Positions 8,660-18,721 of a stretch of 64,000 nucleotides of DNA are shown in pieces. Location of the stretch: NCBI GenBank assembly GCA_965221775.1, contig CBDCSU010000005.1:704001-768000 (forward strand), given 5' to 3'. The notes below the pieces were generated by a model. That model was not told where the DNA came from. It searched no databases and saw only the letters and a program-made list of their open reading frames with translations. Origin of the DNA: Candidatus Latescibacterota bacterium (GTDB taxonomy: Bacteria > Latescibacterota > UBA2968 > UBA8231). Made by a program: the position numbers and the translations under genes. Every line of letters begins with the position of its first letter. The stretch's first letter is position 1.

Positions 8660-11317
8660 GTGGCAAGATTGTGCGGCAATCTCCCTGACGGAAGGCATCG
8701 GGCTCGCGCCTTCTTCTTTTTCCTCACTCTTCAAGCCTCCATCCTTCCAGCTGCTGACCCACAACTCAGACTCCCGGTATATCATCTGACTATCGATCCC
8801 GCCGACCATGACGCCCTGGAAGAGTCCCCTTACAGCGACACCCGGTATCCCGCTCAGTTCACCTTCGGAGGACAGACCCACGAGTGCCGGGTACGATTCA
8901 GAGGCGCCACGGCCCGCAAGTACGACAAGAAGAGCTGGAAAGTCTGGTTCGAGGACCGCCGCAATCCGCTCGGAGTGAGGGAGATCAACCTCAATGCCGA
9001 GTATACCGATCTCTCCTTGATGCGCAACGCCCTGGCCATGGAGCTATTCGAGTCCCTGGGGCATCCAGCCCCTGCTACCCGGCACGTCAGCCTGATGGTC
9101 AACAAGCAGTTCAAGGGCGTCTTCGTTCACGTGGAGGAGATGGACCAGGATTTCCTGGAACGTTTCAACCTGGAGCCCGGCCACCTCTTCAAGTCCGAGA
9201 ACCACGGGGGCAACACGGCGCCGTTGCTGGACTTCGACAACTACGCCGCCTCCTGGAACAAGAAGGTAGGCGATGAGTCGGACTACACGGATCTGCAGCG
9301 CCTGTTCAATCAGCTGCTCTACCTGTCGCCCGAGGATCTGGAGGCGCGGCTCCCACATCTGGTGAACGTAGACGGCGCTCTACGCTACTTCGCCATCGCC
9401 TATGCGATCTCCAGCTTCGACTCGGTAACGAAGAATACCCTGCTCTATTTCAACCCGGAGGGACGGCTGGATCAGATGATGCCGTGGGATCATGACGCCT
9501 CTTTCGGCAACCATTGGACGGGGGAGTACCGATCCTATTTCGAGACCACCTACTTGTACTTCTCTTTCCGGTATCACCTTCTGTTCCAGAGGTTGATGGA
9601 GTACGACAGCTTCCGTCATGCCTTCTGGGAGATGGTCCATACGGTCATAGGCCGCGGTTTCCGTTCGTTGGAGGCTGAGATCGACTCGACGTACGAGACG
9701 ATCAGGTTCGACGTGTACCAGGATGACTCCAAGTTGGGCACGAATGACGACTTCGACCGGGAGATCTCCCGCCTCAAAGGGTTTCTGAGCGCAAGGAGGT
9801 CCTTTCTCACCGACTTTACCTTCTTTGAGAAGGAGCCCTTGTCGGATCTGTACTGCTCCACTCCCTTCCCCGGAGACCGTGGGGACACGGACGGCGTGGT
9901 TTTTCGAGCCCGTTCCCCCGTGCCCCAATCAGTATTCGTCAGGTACACCACGGACCTGACTTCCTACAGAACGCCGGGCCTGGAAATCACCGTGAGGAAG
10001 CTCGCCTTGTTCGATGACGGCCATCACGATGATCTGCAGGCGGGAGACGGGCTATACGGAAACCGCCTCGTGCTGCCGGCGGGGTTTACCGGCCTTGTCC
10101 CCTATGCCTTCGGGGCCGGAGAGTACAGCTATCCACCCAACGGGCTGTACTATGTGAATCACCGGGCCTCGAAGAGTTTTGCCCTGAATGCAAGCCGCGC
10201 CACCAGGCGGGACTATGAAGACTTGCGGATTGGAGAGGTCTATGCCCTGCGAGAGGCCTTCTTCGTCGACCTGGTCAATGAGGGCGAGGTGCCGCTGGAC
10301 CTTGCCTACTGCAGTTTTCAATCTGGTGACTATTCCAACCGTTTCATGTTTCCCCCGGAGACTCGTCTTGCCCCGGGGGACAGCCTGGTTCTCTCCTCGA
10401 ACAGAGACGTTGCCAAGGCCCTCTTTCCCCTCACCTCGGTCATTGGTAATCTCTTCTACGCCATTTCCCCCGGCGATACGATGAAGGTGCTGGATCCTTC
10501 CCTGGCAGCCCTGACATCTCGCGTGAACCGGGCTTACGGCAAGATCCATCTTCCCTCTCCCGCAATCGTCATGAACGAGATCAACTATCATTCCAGGGAT
10601 GACCTGGATACGGGGGATTGGGTCGAGCTCTACAATTCGGGTGACTACCCGGCCGATCTCTCCGGTTGGTCCTTCAAGGACGGAAACGACCAGCATTCCT
10701 TCGTGTTGCCCGATCCCACTCTTCTTCAGCCCCGGGGATTCCTGGTGTTGTGTCAGGATCGGAGGGCCTTGGAACTCATCTCCTAGGTCCCTTGTATCGG
10801 AGACTTCGACTTCGGATTGAGGAACAGCGGAGAGCTGATTCGCCTGTACGACCGTCATGGGTTGCTGGTCGATTCGGTCGTCTATGGGGATAGTCCACCG
10901 TGGCCGGAAGAGGCAGATGGCGACGGGCCCACACTGGAGCTGCGCCACCACGATCTGGACAACGCCAACCCCGAGAGCTGGATGGCCTCCCTCTCTGCGG
11001 GGGGGACCCCGGGCGCGATCAACAGTGCCGAGAACCCTCACGGTACGGTGCCCTTCACTCTCTCGGAGTCGACTCCCAATCCGTTCTCCTACACGGTCGC
11101 CTTCGACCTCGACCTCGGCAGGAATGCGCAGGTCACCCTTGCGGTCCATAACACCCTTGGCCAGCGTGAGGAGGTTCTGGTCGACAGGCTCGTCCCCGCC
11201 GGACGTAGCCACTTCACCTGGACCCCCGGGGAGAGGGGGGCTGGAGTCTACCTCTTCGCCCTTGAGTTGGACGGGCGGCTGGAAGCGGTGCGGAAGGCCG
11301 CATACCTGAGCAAGTGA
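8660..11317 (+). pseudogene. CotH kinase family protein with LTD and C-terminal sorting domain, interrupted by in-frame TAG at 10784-10786
   Basis: RFRGATAR..KKSWK, LNAEYTDLSLMRN, FDSVTKN, PWDHD; DDGHHDDLQAGDG motif; ORFs 8660-10786 and 10817-11317 share one frame and read ELIS*VPCIGDFDFGLRNSGE through the LTD. Confidence 0.8.
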
Positions 11318-11371
11318 GTCCGGCGGCGCAGGTCTCGACGCGCCGGGCCGGCCGCTTGGGAATTCCCCGCC

Positions 11372-13450
11372 CTATGATCCGAATCCGAGGGTGCCGCGGA
11401 GGCCAGGCTTGGCCTCGCACTCGGCGCGCAGCAATCCTGCCAATCCCTCGGGATCGCGCAGGTGGCCGAGGATCTCCGCCTTGCGGCGCACCACCGCGAA
11501 GTCCCCCGGCGTCAGGTTGACGAGGGCCTCGACCTCCGGCGGAGCTTCGAGGTCGAAGAAGGCGCGGAAGGCCGCTCTCGACTGGACGGGGGTGAGGTAG
11601 TCCAGGGAGACCTTGAAGGTGAAGCGCCGCAGGGTGGCGGGGTCGAGGTGCTCGCCGAAGTTGGTGGTGCACGCGAAGGGCAGGGGATGGCTCTCCATCC
11701 AGGTCAGCATCTCGTTGACCTGGCTCACCTCCCACGAGCGCACGGCGCCGCGGCGGTCGGCCAGCAGCGAGTCGGCCTCGTCGAAGACGAGGATCGACTC
11801 CTCGGCGCGGGCCTCGGCGAAGGCGGCGGCGATCTGCTGCTCGGTCCCCCCCACCCACATCGACATCAGGTCGGAGGCCCGCTTCTGGGTGACCTGGAGT
11901 CCAAGGCGTTCGGCCAGGTAGCGGACGAAGGCGCTCTTGCCGGTGCCGGGCGGGCCCTGCAGGCAGAGGGAGAACCGCTTGTCCCCGGTTGTTTCCAAGC
12001 GTCCGGCGAGCCCGGCGGGGTCCACGTCGGCCTGGATCAGACCGAGGTCGAACCTCTCCGGCGCTCCCTGCGCCGCGGGGGGTCTGTCGCCCGAGATCAC
12101 CCGGGACAGGCTGCGCACGCCGCGGCGCACGGCCGCCAGATCGCCCCCGCACAGGCCGGCCGCGGCCACGGCCCCGGAGGCCATGCCGGGCGCCATGTCG
12201 AACTCCCGCGCCAAGGAGCGCGCGTCATCTTCCGTCGCCTCGATGCCGTGACGGTCCAACTCGCGACTCCAGATTCGCGCCCGGGTCCGGCACGGCGGCG
12301 GGCTGAGCTCCAGGGCGAAGGTCATGCGGCGCAGGACGGTGGGACAGGTCTCCCGGGCGGAGTTCGAGGTCCACAAGGTGGGCACCGGCGCGCCTTCGAG
12401 GAGGCGGTTCATGTAGACCTTGGAACCCCGTGCCCGGAGCTTGGAGGAGCCGGCGGGGTGGAACGGCATCCAGCCCCCGTCCGGGTCGGAGAGCAGGTCC
12501 TCCATCTCGTCGAAGAGGAGGAGCGACCCCTTGCCACCTGCCAGCAGGCGCTGGGCGAAGCGCAGGTCCTGGAGGCGCTCGTGCCGGGCGGGCTCGTCGC
12601 CGTCCTCATCGGCCTCGCCGACATTGTAGAGGTTGGCCCCGGTCCGGGCGGCCAAGGTCCTGCAGAACTCGCTCTTGCCGGTCCCCGGCGGCCCGTAGAC
12701 CAGGACGTTCACCCCCCGCGCGCCGGAGCGCAGGGCGCCCTTCACGACCTCTTCGATATGGTCGCGCGCCTCCGCCACGTGATCGAAGTCCGACCACTCC
12801 AGCTCTCCCGGCGGCGCCGAGTCGAGCAGCAGGCCGCGTACATCCAGACCGCTTTCGTCGGGGAGGTGGACCAGCCGGTGCAGCCTCTTCACCGGCGCAA
12901 GGTCGCCGTCGTAGTCGACGGAGACGAGGCCGGCCTTCATGAGCGGCGCATCCGCCGTGAAGCGGGTCAGGAAGGCGCCGGAAGACAGGCCCGAGAGGTA
13001 GGCCAGGTAGGGGTTGGTGACGTTGAGAACCAACCTGTGGCGGCGGAGACCATCACCGACGGCATCGATCAGTGACTCCAGGGCCGGCTGCGAGCGGTAG
13101 CGCAACAACAACTCGAGGATGGCCACGTCCTCGGGCGCCAGGTTCATCTCCCGGCCGAGAAGGCGGAGCCGCTGCGCCGTCCGGTCGGGCGGCGCCCCTT
13201 CGCAAGCGGAGTGCTTCCGTTCGAGAGCCTTCCTCAGCCGCTTCCATTTCCGGGCGGTGAGTTTCTTCTCGAAGGGGTTCTCCTCGTCCTCCTGCCCTTG
13301 CCCACCGTCGTCGAGATCGAGCAGGTCCAGGTTCTCGCTGACCCACTCGGCCAGGCTCTTCGCGCCCGGAGTCCCGTGGTGAAGTCGCGAGGCGGCGTTG
13401 CTGAGGTAGGAGAACAGGAGCTGACGTTCGCAGGCGCTGAGCATGGGCAT
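11372..13450 (-). CDS. AAA+ ATPase with two AAA domains
   Basis: Two GPPGTGKS Walker A motifs; Walker B LLLFDEMED and ILVFDEADS; TTN..LDPATLRRF; AGGAGG before the ATG. Confidence 0.9.
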   Translation of the reverse strand: MPMLSACERQLLFSYLSNAASRLHHGTPGAKSLAEWVSENLDLLDLDDGGQGQEDEENPFEKKLTARKWKRLRKALERKHSACEGAPPDRTAQRLRLLGREMNLAPEDVAILELLLRYRSQPALESLIDAVGDGLRRHRLVLNVTNPYLAYLSGLSSGAFLTRFTADAPLMKAGLVSVDYDGDLAPVKRLHRLVHLPDESGLDVRGLLLDSAPPGELEWSDFDHVAEARDHIEEVVKGALRSGARGVNVLVYGPPGTGKSEFCRTLAARTGANLYNVGEADEDGDEPARHERLQDLRFAQRLLAGGKGSLLLFDEMEDLLSDPDGGWMPFHPAGSSKLRARGSKVYMNRLLEGAPVPTLWTSNSARETCPTVLRRMTFALELSPPPCRTRARIWSRELDRHGIEATEDDARSLAREFDMAPGMASGAVAAAGLCGGDLAAVRRGVRSLSRVISGDRPPAAQGAPERFDLGLIQADVDPAGLAGRLETTGDKRFSLCLQGPPGTGKSAFVRYLAERLGLQVTQKRASDLMSMWVGGTEQQIAAAFAEARAEESILVFDEADSLLADRRGAVRSWEVSQVNEMLTWMESHPLPFACTTNFGEHLDPATLRRFTFKVSLDYLTPVQSRAAFRAFFDLEAPPEVEALVNLTPGDFAVVRRKAEILGHLRDPEGLAGLLRAECEAKPGLRGTLGFGS

Positions 13451-13480
13451 CCTCCTGGGGATGGGGGCTGGGATATCTCC

Positions 13481-13514
13481 AACCTACCCAGGAGGTGCGA
13501 CGGATCGTGTCGCG
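13481..13514 (-). promoter_or_regulatory. Putative WYL-activator box and -10 element for the AAA gene
   Basis: Minus strand CGCGAC-ACGATCC-GTCGCA-CCTCCTGGG-TAGGTT: inverted repeat with N7 spacer, and CGTCGC-N10-TANNNT. Confidence 0.65.
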
Positions 13515-13613
13515 GCCTTCAGGTTTTTTTGGGGGTCGTCGCTATTGGCCGATGCTCAGGCAAAACCCCTGGTCGGCGAGTGCACCATCGACCAGGTACA
13601 GGGCAGCTCCATA

Positions 13614-13841
13614 TCAGCCGATTCTCTGGAGCGCCTTGATGGCGCGGAACATTTCGAGCTGCTGCCGTATCCTGAGCCATTCCCGACACGCGCTCGGCGG
13701 CGGGTCCCCGGAAGACTCCTCCAAGTCCGCCATCCTGCGGCGAGCTCGGTCCAGGAGTACTCGAAAGGCCATCTCGTCAATCTCCTGACTGGTCATGTGG
13801 ACGGGATCGTTATGTCCAGGAATCGGATAGTCCTCAGTCAT
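13614..13841 (-). CDS. Small hypothetical helical protein
   Basis: 75-aa ORF co-oriented with neighbours, amphipathic helical composition. Confidence 0.5.
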   Translation of the reverse strand: MTEDYPIPGHNDPVHMTSQEIDEMAFRVLLDRARRRMADLEESSGDPPPSACREWLRIRQQLEMFRAIKALQRIG

Positions 13842-13895
13842 CCTTCAAGCTCCAATGGTTGATCGCGTGGCGTTGCCTGTCGTCTCACGGATGTA

Positions 13896-14612
13896 CTATT
13901 CCGCGGAGTTGCGGTCGGTTCCGGGCCACGCCACATGGTCCATATCGCTCACGTCTATGAACACGTCCCTCACGCTCTCCGAGACCCACCTGGTATTGGG
14001 AATGCCGAGATGCTTGGTGGCGAGGGCGATGGCCGCCTCCCATCCTTCCCGTGAAACCGGAGCCCTGCCGCAGACCGTCGTGTCCCCTACGAAGTAGACG
14101 AACACCAGGTGGGCCGGAAGACCGTTCAGTTCCCTGAGCAGGTACAGGTGCGCCAACCTGTTGGTGTACTGGTAGAAGCACTGTGCCCAGTCCGTACCGG
14201 ACTTGACCTTCAGGAACTCCCTCGTCTCCACGAGGGACGCCTTGATTCTCTCGAGGGGAATTCCTGTGGCACCAGTGGGATCGGTATCGAACTCGGGTAT
14301 ATTCGCCTTCGCTTCCAGCAGCAGGAGACTTCCGCCGCTGGTCCGAGCTAGCCCGTCCCATCGTGGTCCACTCCTGGGCCAGAAGTCCCTGAGTTGCCGC
14401 TTGTCGAGGCACACCCCGAGACGCTCCAGGAATTCGTCATCCCTGTATTCGGCGAAGCCGTCGCCCTCCAACGGCGACAGCCACTCGATTTCTTCCCCTT
14501 GACAAAGGCCAGTCTCCTTGATGGCCTTGTCTAATCTGTGGAAACACCGGTTGACCGCGATCTGCAACCAACGCTGGCTGCCGTGCGGGGCTGCGGGATG
14601 CTCTGCCTTCAT
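13896..14612 (-). CDS. Hypothetical protein, putative PD-(D/E)XK nuclease fold
   Basis: FWP..GPRWDGLA....LLLLEAKAN and later YQYTNRL; AGGAGG RBS. Confidence 0.65.
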   Translation of the reverse strand: MKAEHPAAPHGSQRWLQIAVNRCFHRLDKAIKETGLCQGEEIEWLSPLEGDGFAEYRDDEFLERLGVCLDKRQLRDFWPRSGPRWDGLARTSGGSLLLLEAKANIPEFDTDPTGATGIPLERIKASLVETREFLKVKSGTDWAQCFYQYTNRLAHLYLLRELNGLPAHLVFVYFVGDTTVCGRAPVSREGWEAAIALATKHLGIPNTRWVSESVRDVFIDVSDMDHVAWPGTDRNSAE

Positions 14613-14708
14613 GGAGATCCTCCTTGATCGTAGCTGGACTTGGCCCTCTTCACGATAGCAGCAGGCCGTGGAGAGGAGCCACGAAGGGCAGAAAGGTCGC
14701 GAAGCCCA

Positions 14709-15248
14709 TCAAGCCGATCCCGCCCAGATCGCCCGGCGCAGCATCTCCACCGGATTGAAGATGGACCAGGCGCCGTATATGGCGGCGGCCCTTGCGGCTC
14801 CGCCAACGGTCAGCGTGTCAGCCAGTCTTCGGCCGGCCGTGGTGGCGTCCGCCACCGAGGAGTCTGCGGCGGCGTCCCCGATCGCCCTGGCCGCCTCCTT
14901 GGGGACCTCGGCCACGGTGGAGGCGGCGGCGAATGTGCGCCACCTGACCTTCAGTCCGGAAGAGCACTCGCCCCGGGCATCCTTCGCCCAGTAGACAGCC
15001 CACGCCGCGTCCTCGGCTGCCCGGAAGACGGCATGGCTCCCCGCACGTCTGGCAGCCCTTCCAGCAGCCTTGGCGGCGGCCATCCGGACCTCATCGCCGT
15101 CCCCATGGGCCGCACACATTTTCCTCCACTCGCCACGAATCCCCTCCGGTCGGCAAGACCTTGCAGGAAGGGAAGCACAGAGTTCCATGCCCAATCGAGC
15201 AGAGCGTTCAGACGTTCCCGCTTCCGGGGTCCAGATTGAGGTACTCAT
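14709..15248 (-). CDS. Ala-rich helical hypothetical protein
   Basis: ATG 15248 lies just downstream of the second WYL-type box; low-complexity AARA/AAWA segments. Confidence 0.45.
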   Translation of the reverse strand: MSTSIWTPEAGTSERSARLGMELCASLPARSCRPEGIRGEWRKMCAAHGDGDEVRMAAAKAAGRAARRAGSHAVFRAAEDAAWAVYWAKDARGECSSGLKVRWRTFAAASTVAEVPKEAARAIGDAAADSSVADATTAGRRLADTLTVGGAARAAAIYGAWSIFNPVEMLRRAIWAGSA

Positions 15249-15299
15249 GCCGTTCGCGTGACGCTTCTCCCGATTGACGCGTGCCCGACGCCTGAGGCG

Positions 15300-15333
15300 A
15301 ACTTGGTGCACCCCTGCGACAGATCACGTCGCA
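15300..15333 (-). promoter_or_regulatory. Putative WYL-activator box (perfect TGCGAC-N7-GTCGCA) overlapping the WYL stop codon
   Basis: 15315-15333 TGCGACAGATCACGTCGCA; minus strand TGTCGC-N10-CAAGTT. Confidence 0.6.
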
Positions 15334-16301
15334 CCCTCCTCCCCCAACGCGAGGGCCGCCCGTATCTCCGCCCGAACCGCCTCGCGCAGCTCCTCGGGCT
15401 CCAGCACCTCGGCGGCGGCGCCGAAGCTGAGCACCCAGCTCCGGATCTCGAAGAAGCCACCCGCCCGCAGGCTCAGGACCACGCGCCCGTCGGGCAGCTC
15501 CTCCAGTTTCTGGCTGGGGTGCCAGATGCGCTCCCGCACGTAGGGCGCCTGGTCCGCGGCGAAGCGGACCACCACGTCCATGGGCTCCTCGTACGAGACC
15601 CCGAAGGCGTCCCTCACGCGCTCGTCGATGGGCAGGTGGTCGGGGGGGTCGAACTTCTCCTCCGTCACCACCACCTTCTCGAAGCGCTCCACGGCCTGGG
15701 TGATCAAGCGGTCGTACCGGGGCACGCGGGAGATCACGTACAGGCCGCCGCGGTACGGCAGGAAGCGCAAGGGCTCGATTCCGTACTGTCCGGCCTTCGT
15801 GGCCCTGGGTGACCGGTAGCTCACCCGGCAGACGCGGCGCTTCAGCATGGCCTCGTCCAGTTTCTCCACGATCTCCCGGGCGTCCTCGTAGGGCTTGTAG
15901 CCCCGGGCCAAGGGCACGTACGCGTCGGAGGCCCGCTCGAGGAACCGCCGCATCTCCGGGGACATGGCCGCGGTGATGCGGCGGACCACCGACCGCAGAT
16001 GCTCGCCGAAGGGCGTCCCCGCCAATCCCAGGCCCGCCCGCTCGGCGAAGATCATGGCCGCCACCTCCATGACCGGGAAGTTGAAGGGCAGACCGGTCTC
16101 CTTCAGCAGGTTGTAATAGACGTGCTGATCGTCACGGCGCTCTTCGCCAAGCACGAACCCGGCCTCGCGCAGGTGCCAGATGTCACGCTGGATGGTGCGC
16201 CTGTTTACGCCGTATTCCTCCGCAAGCTCGGGAACGTTTGCCCCGAAGCGCCGGGCCTGCAGGGTCCTCAGAATGTCCAGCTGTCGAACGACCTGTCTCA
16301 T
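15324..16301 (-). CDS. HTH-WYL-WCX transcriptional regulator (PafBC/DriD-like)
   Basis: wHTH ELAEEYGVNRRTIQRDI; WYL region IEPLRF...GLYVI; WCX RERIWHPSQ..WVLSFGAAAEVLEPEELR. Confidence 0.9.
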   Translation of the reverse strand: MRQVVRQLDILRTLQARRFGANVPELAEEYGVNRRTIQRDIWHLREAGFVLGEERRDDQHVYYNLLKETGLPFNFPVMEVAAMIFAERAGLGLAGTPFGEHLRSVVRRITAAMSPEMRRFLERASDAYVPLARGYKPYEDAREIVEKLDEAMLKRRVCRVSYRSPRATKAGQYGIEPLRFLPYRGGLYVISRVPRYDRLITQAVERFEKVVVTEEKFDPPDHLPIDERVRDAFGVSYEEPMDVVVRFAADQAPYVRERIWHPSQKLEELPDGRVVLSLRAGGFFEIRSWVLSFGAAAEVLEPEELREAVRAEIRAALALGEEGAT

Positions 16302-16313
16302 TGCAGTCCTCCC

Positions 16314-18680
16314 TCACCTAAGCAACAGCATGCGCTTGTGGATGGCCCACTTCCGCGTCTCCAGGCGGTAGACGTAGACGCCGCTGCCGGCATCCCGTCC
16401 GAACTCGTCGCGGCCGTCCCAGGACAGGCGGTGCTCCCCGGCCCCTGGGGCCTGGACCTGAATCTCCCGCACCACCTGGCCCGACAGGTTGTAGATGCGC
16501 AGGCGCATCGACTCGCCCGCCAAGTCCACCGGCACCTGGAAGGGGATCACCGTGGAGGCGTTGAAGGGGTTGGGCGCGTTCTGCTGCAGCACCGGGCGGG
16601 CGGGGCCCACTCCCGGTCGGATCTCCCAGGCCTGGTCGTCCACCACCACCACCATGGCCTGACCCAGTTGCGCGAAGAGGGCCAGCTCCTCAGGCTGGCC
16701 GGCCAGCCCTTCGTAGAGTTGCCTCGGCATGAGCGGCCGGTAGGCCTGGTCCATCCACACGTCGTCGCGCAAGACGAAATCGCGGCCCATCCAGTGGGCC
16801 GTGGCGGCCGTCTCCTCCACGTCCGTCGTCGGCCCGAAGTCCTCGTCCCCATCGTCCGCGGCCCCATCGCAGGTCGCGCAGGTGTCCTCGGAGTCCGGGA
16901 AGGCGCCCCCGCCGGCAAGGTCGCGCGGCTCGGGGTTGACCTCCACGCCCTCGTCCGGGGCAAAGAGTGACGTGCGCCGGGTCACCAACCGGTAGTCGAG
17001 CCCCAGGGCCAGGATGTCGTCGAGCAGCTCCGGCTCGGGGCCGAAGCGGGCGATCTGCTCCTCCAGGGCCAGCACCTTCTGGTAGGCCCACAATCGAGGC
17101 AACAATTCCAGGGAGACGTCGGTATGGGTGAATTCCAGGGAAAAGTCCTTCGATACGTCCCGGTCCCCCACCTGGCCGCTCACGCTCAGGGTGAAGAGCC
17201 CGCCCTGCTGGTAGCGGCCCACCTGGAACAGTTCCCGCCCCGCGGCCAGGGCCTCCACGCCCCGGGGATGCACGTCGTGGATGTCCGCCGAGCCGAAGGA
17301 CAGCTCGTCCACCAGCAGCACCGGGAAGGTGAACTCCTCGAACAGCACCCGCAGCGCCTCCTCGATGTCCCCCTCCTCCGACAGGAAGTGCGCTTCGCCG
17401 CCGTGCTCCTCGGCCAGCGCCGTCAGGAAGTTCTGGTCCACGTCGCGGCCGACGCCGATGGTGAACAGCCGCGCTTTCCCTCCCGACCACTGCCCCACCA
17501 ACTCGCTCAGCGGCTCCAGCTCGATCTCGCCGATATTCGGCAGCCCGTCGGTGAGGAAGATCACGTGGTTCACGCGCCCGGCGGGGAAAGCCTGTTGCAT
17601 CGCCCTTCCGAGACCCGCCTCGAAGTTGCTCACCCCCAACGCGTCCTGCCGGTTGATGAAGGCCGCCGCCGACTCCCTGTTCGACGCGTTGGCCGGCACC
17701 GGCGCCGCGGCGAAGGCGTCGGCCCGGTGGCTGAAGACGACGATGTTGAACAGGTCCTTCTCCACCAGATTTTCCAGCGCCGCCACCAGCGCCCCCTTCA
17801 CCGCCCCCAGCTTGCCCCGCTGCATGCTCGAGGAGATGTCGATGACGAAGGTCAGGCTGCGCGGCAGCGGGCCCTCATCGGTCAGCTCCGGCAGCGGCGG
17901 CAGCCACAGGGCGTAGTAGCCCAGGGCCTCGTCCTCCTCCGGCGCGAAGCTGAGCACCGTCGGCAGCAGCAGATCCCCGGTCCGCTGCAGGCTGAGGGTG
18001 AAGTCCTCCCGCGGCGTCAGGTCCTCGTCGCCGTAGAACACGTTCGCCGTGTGCGCATCCGGCCGGTCCACCTCCGTGATCCGCGGCAGGCCTGAAGTGG
18101 TGGCCTCAAATGCGTGCTGACTGCGCACGTGGGCGCGCAGCACGAACAGCTCCATCTGCAGCGCCTGGTCGGTCTCCGGCGCCAGCGGGAAGGTGTAGTC
18201 GATGCGGCCGTTGCGCGCGTCGAGCAGCTGCATGTACTCGAACTCCACCCGGCGGCTGCCCTGGGCCGGGAAGGGGAAGATGCTCAGCCGGAACTGGTTC
18301 GGCGTCACCTGCTCGATCAGGGCCGGGTCGATGCGCTGGCGCACGATGTCGTCGTAGACCTGCCGCGCCTCCTCCTTCTCCATGATCAGCCCCTGCACCC
18401 GCTTGTCCCCGATCCACAGCACCAGGTCGGTGATGATCGCCCCCTCGGGCAGGGTGAACTCGTAGATCCCCTCCACCTCCCACTCCGCGTGGTTGGTGAA
18501 GATCTGGTCGGTGCGCGTGCGCGCCACCCGCTCGTCGATGCGCACCTCCACCGTGACCGACGACAACTCCAGGTGCTGGCGGCCGTCGTCGCCCACGCCG
18601 GTGTACACATAGCCGATGCCGAGGGCGGGCAGGGGGGTCAGTATCAGGGCGGAGGTGAGTAGAATGAGTCGAAGGTGCAT
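16314..18680 (-). CDS. Secreted VIT + vWA domain protein with C-terminal FlgD-Ig/sorting domain
   Basis: Signal peptide; VIT (EGIYEFTLP..DPALIE..IFPFP); MIDAS DISSS..FLTDG; NAPNPFN..WDGRD..SGVY. Confidence 0.88.
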   Translation of the reverse strand: MHLRLILLTSALILTPLPALGIGYVYTGVGDDGRQHLELSSVTVEVRIDERVARTRTDQIFTNHAEWEVEGIYEFTLPEGAIITDLVLWIGDKRVQGLIMEKEEARQVYDDIVRQRIDPALIEQVTPNQFRLSIFPFPAQGSRRVEFEYMQLLDARNGRIDYTFPLAPETDQALQMELFVLRAHVRSQHAFEATTSGLPRITEVDRPDAHTANVFYGDEDLTPREDFTLSLQRTGDLLLPTVLSFAPEEDEALGYYALWLPPLPELTDEGPLPRSLTFVIDISSSMQRGKLGAVKGALVAALENLVEKDLFNIVVFSHRADAFAAAPVPANASNRESAAAFINRQDALGVSNFEAGLGRAMQQAFPAGRVNHVIFLTDGLPNIGEIELEPLSELVGQWSGGKARLFTIGVGRDVDQNFLTALAEEHGGEAHFLSEEGDIEEALRVLFEEFTFPVLLVDELSFGSADIHDVHPRGVEALAAGRELFQVGRYQQGGLFTLSVSGQVGDRDVSKDFSLEFTHTDVSLELLPRLWAYQKVLALEEQIARFGPEPELLDDILALGLDYRLVTRRTSLFAPDEGVEVNPEPRDLAGGGAFPDSEDTCATCDGAADDGDEDFGPTTDVEETAATAHWMGRDFVLRDDVWMDQAYRPLMPRQLYEGLAGQPEELALFAQLGQAMVVVVDDQAWEIRPGVGPARPVLQQNAPNPFNASTVIPFQVPVDLAGESMRLRIYNLSGQVVREIQVQAPGAGEHRLSWDGRDEFGRDAGSGVYVYRLETRKWAIHKRMLLLR

Positions 18681-18721
18681 GGCGGGGCTCCTTTGGCAGG
18701 AGGGGGACGGCGGAGGTCGGG

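Noticed and set aside
10787-10900. Pyrrolysine or selenocysteine recoding signal
   Set aside because: The codon is TAG in a non-catalytic LTD loop, other genes here stop at TAG, and no pyl/sel genes are in the window.
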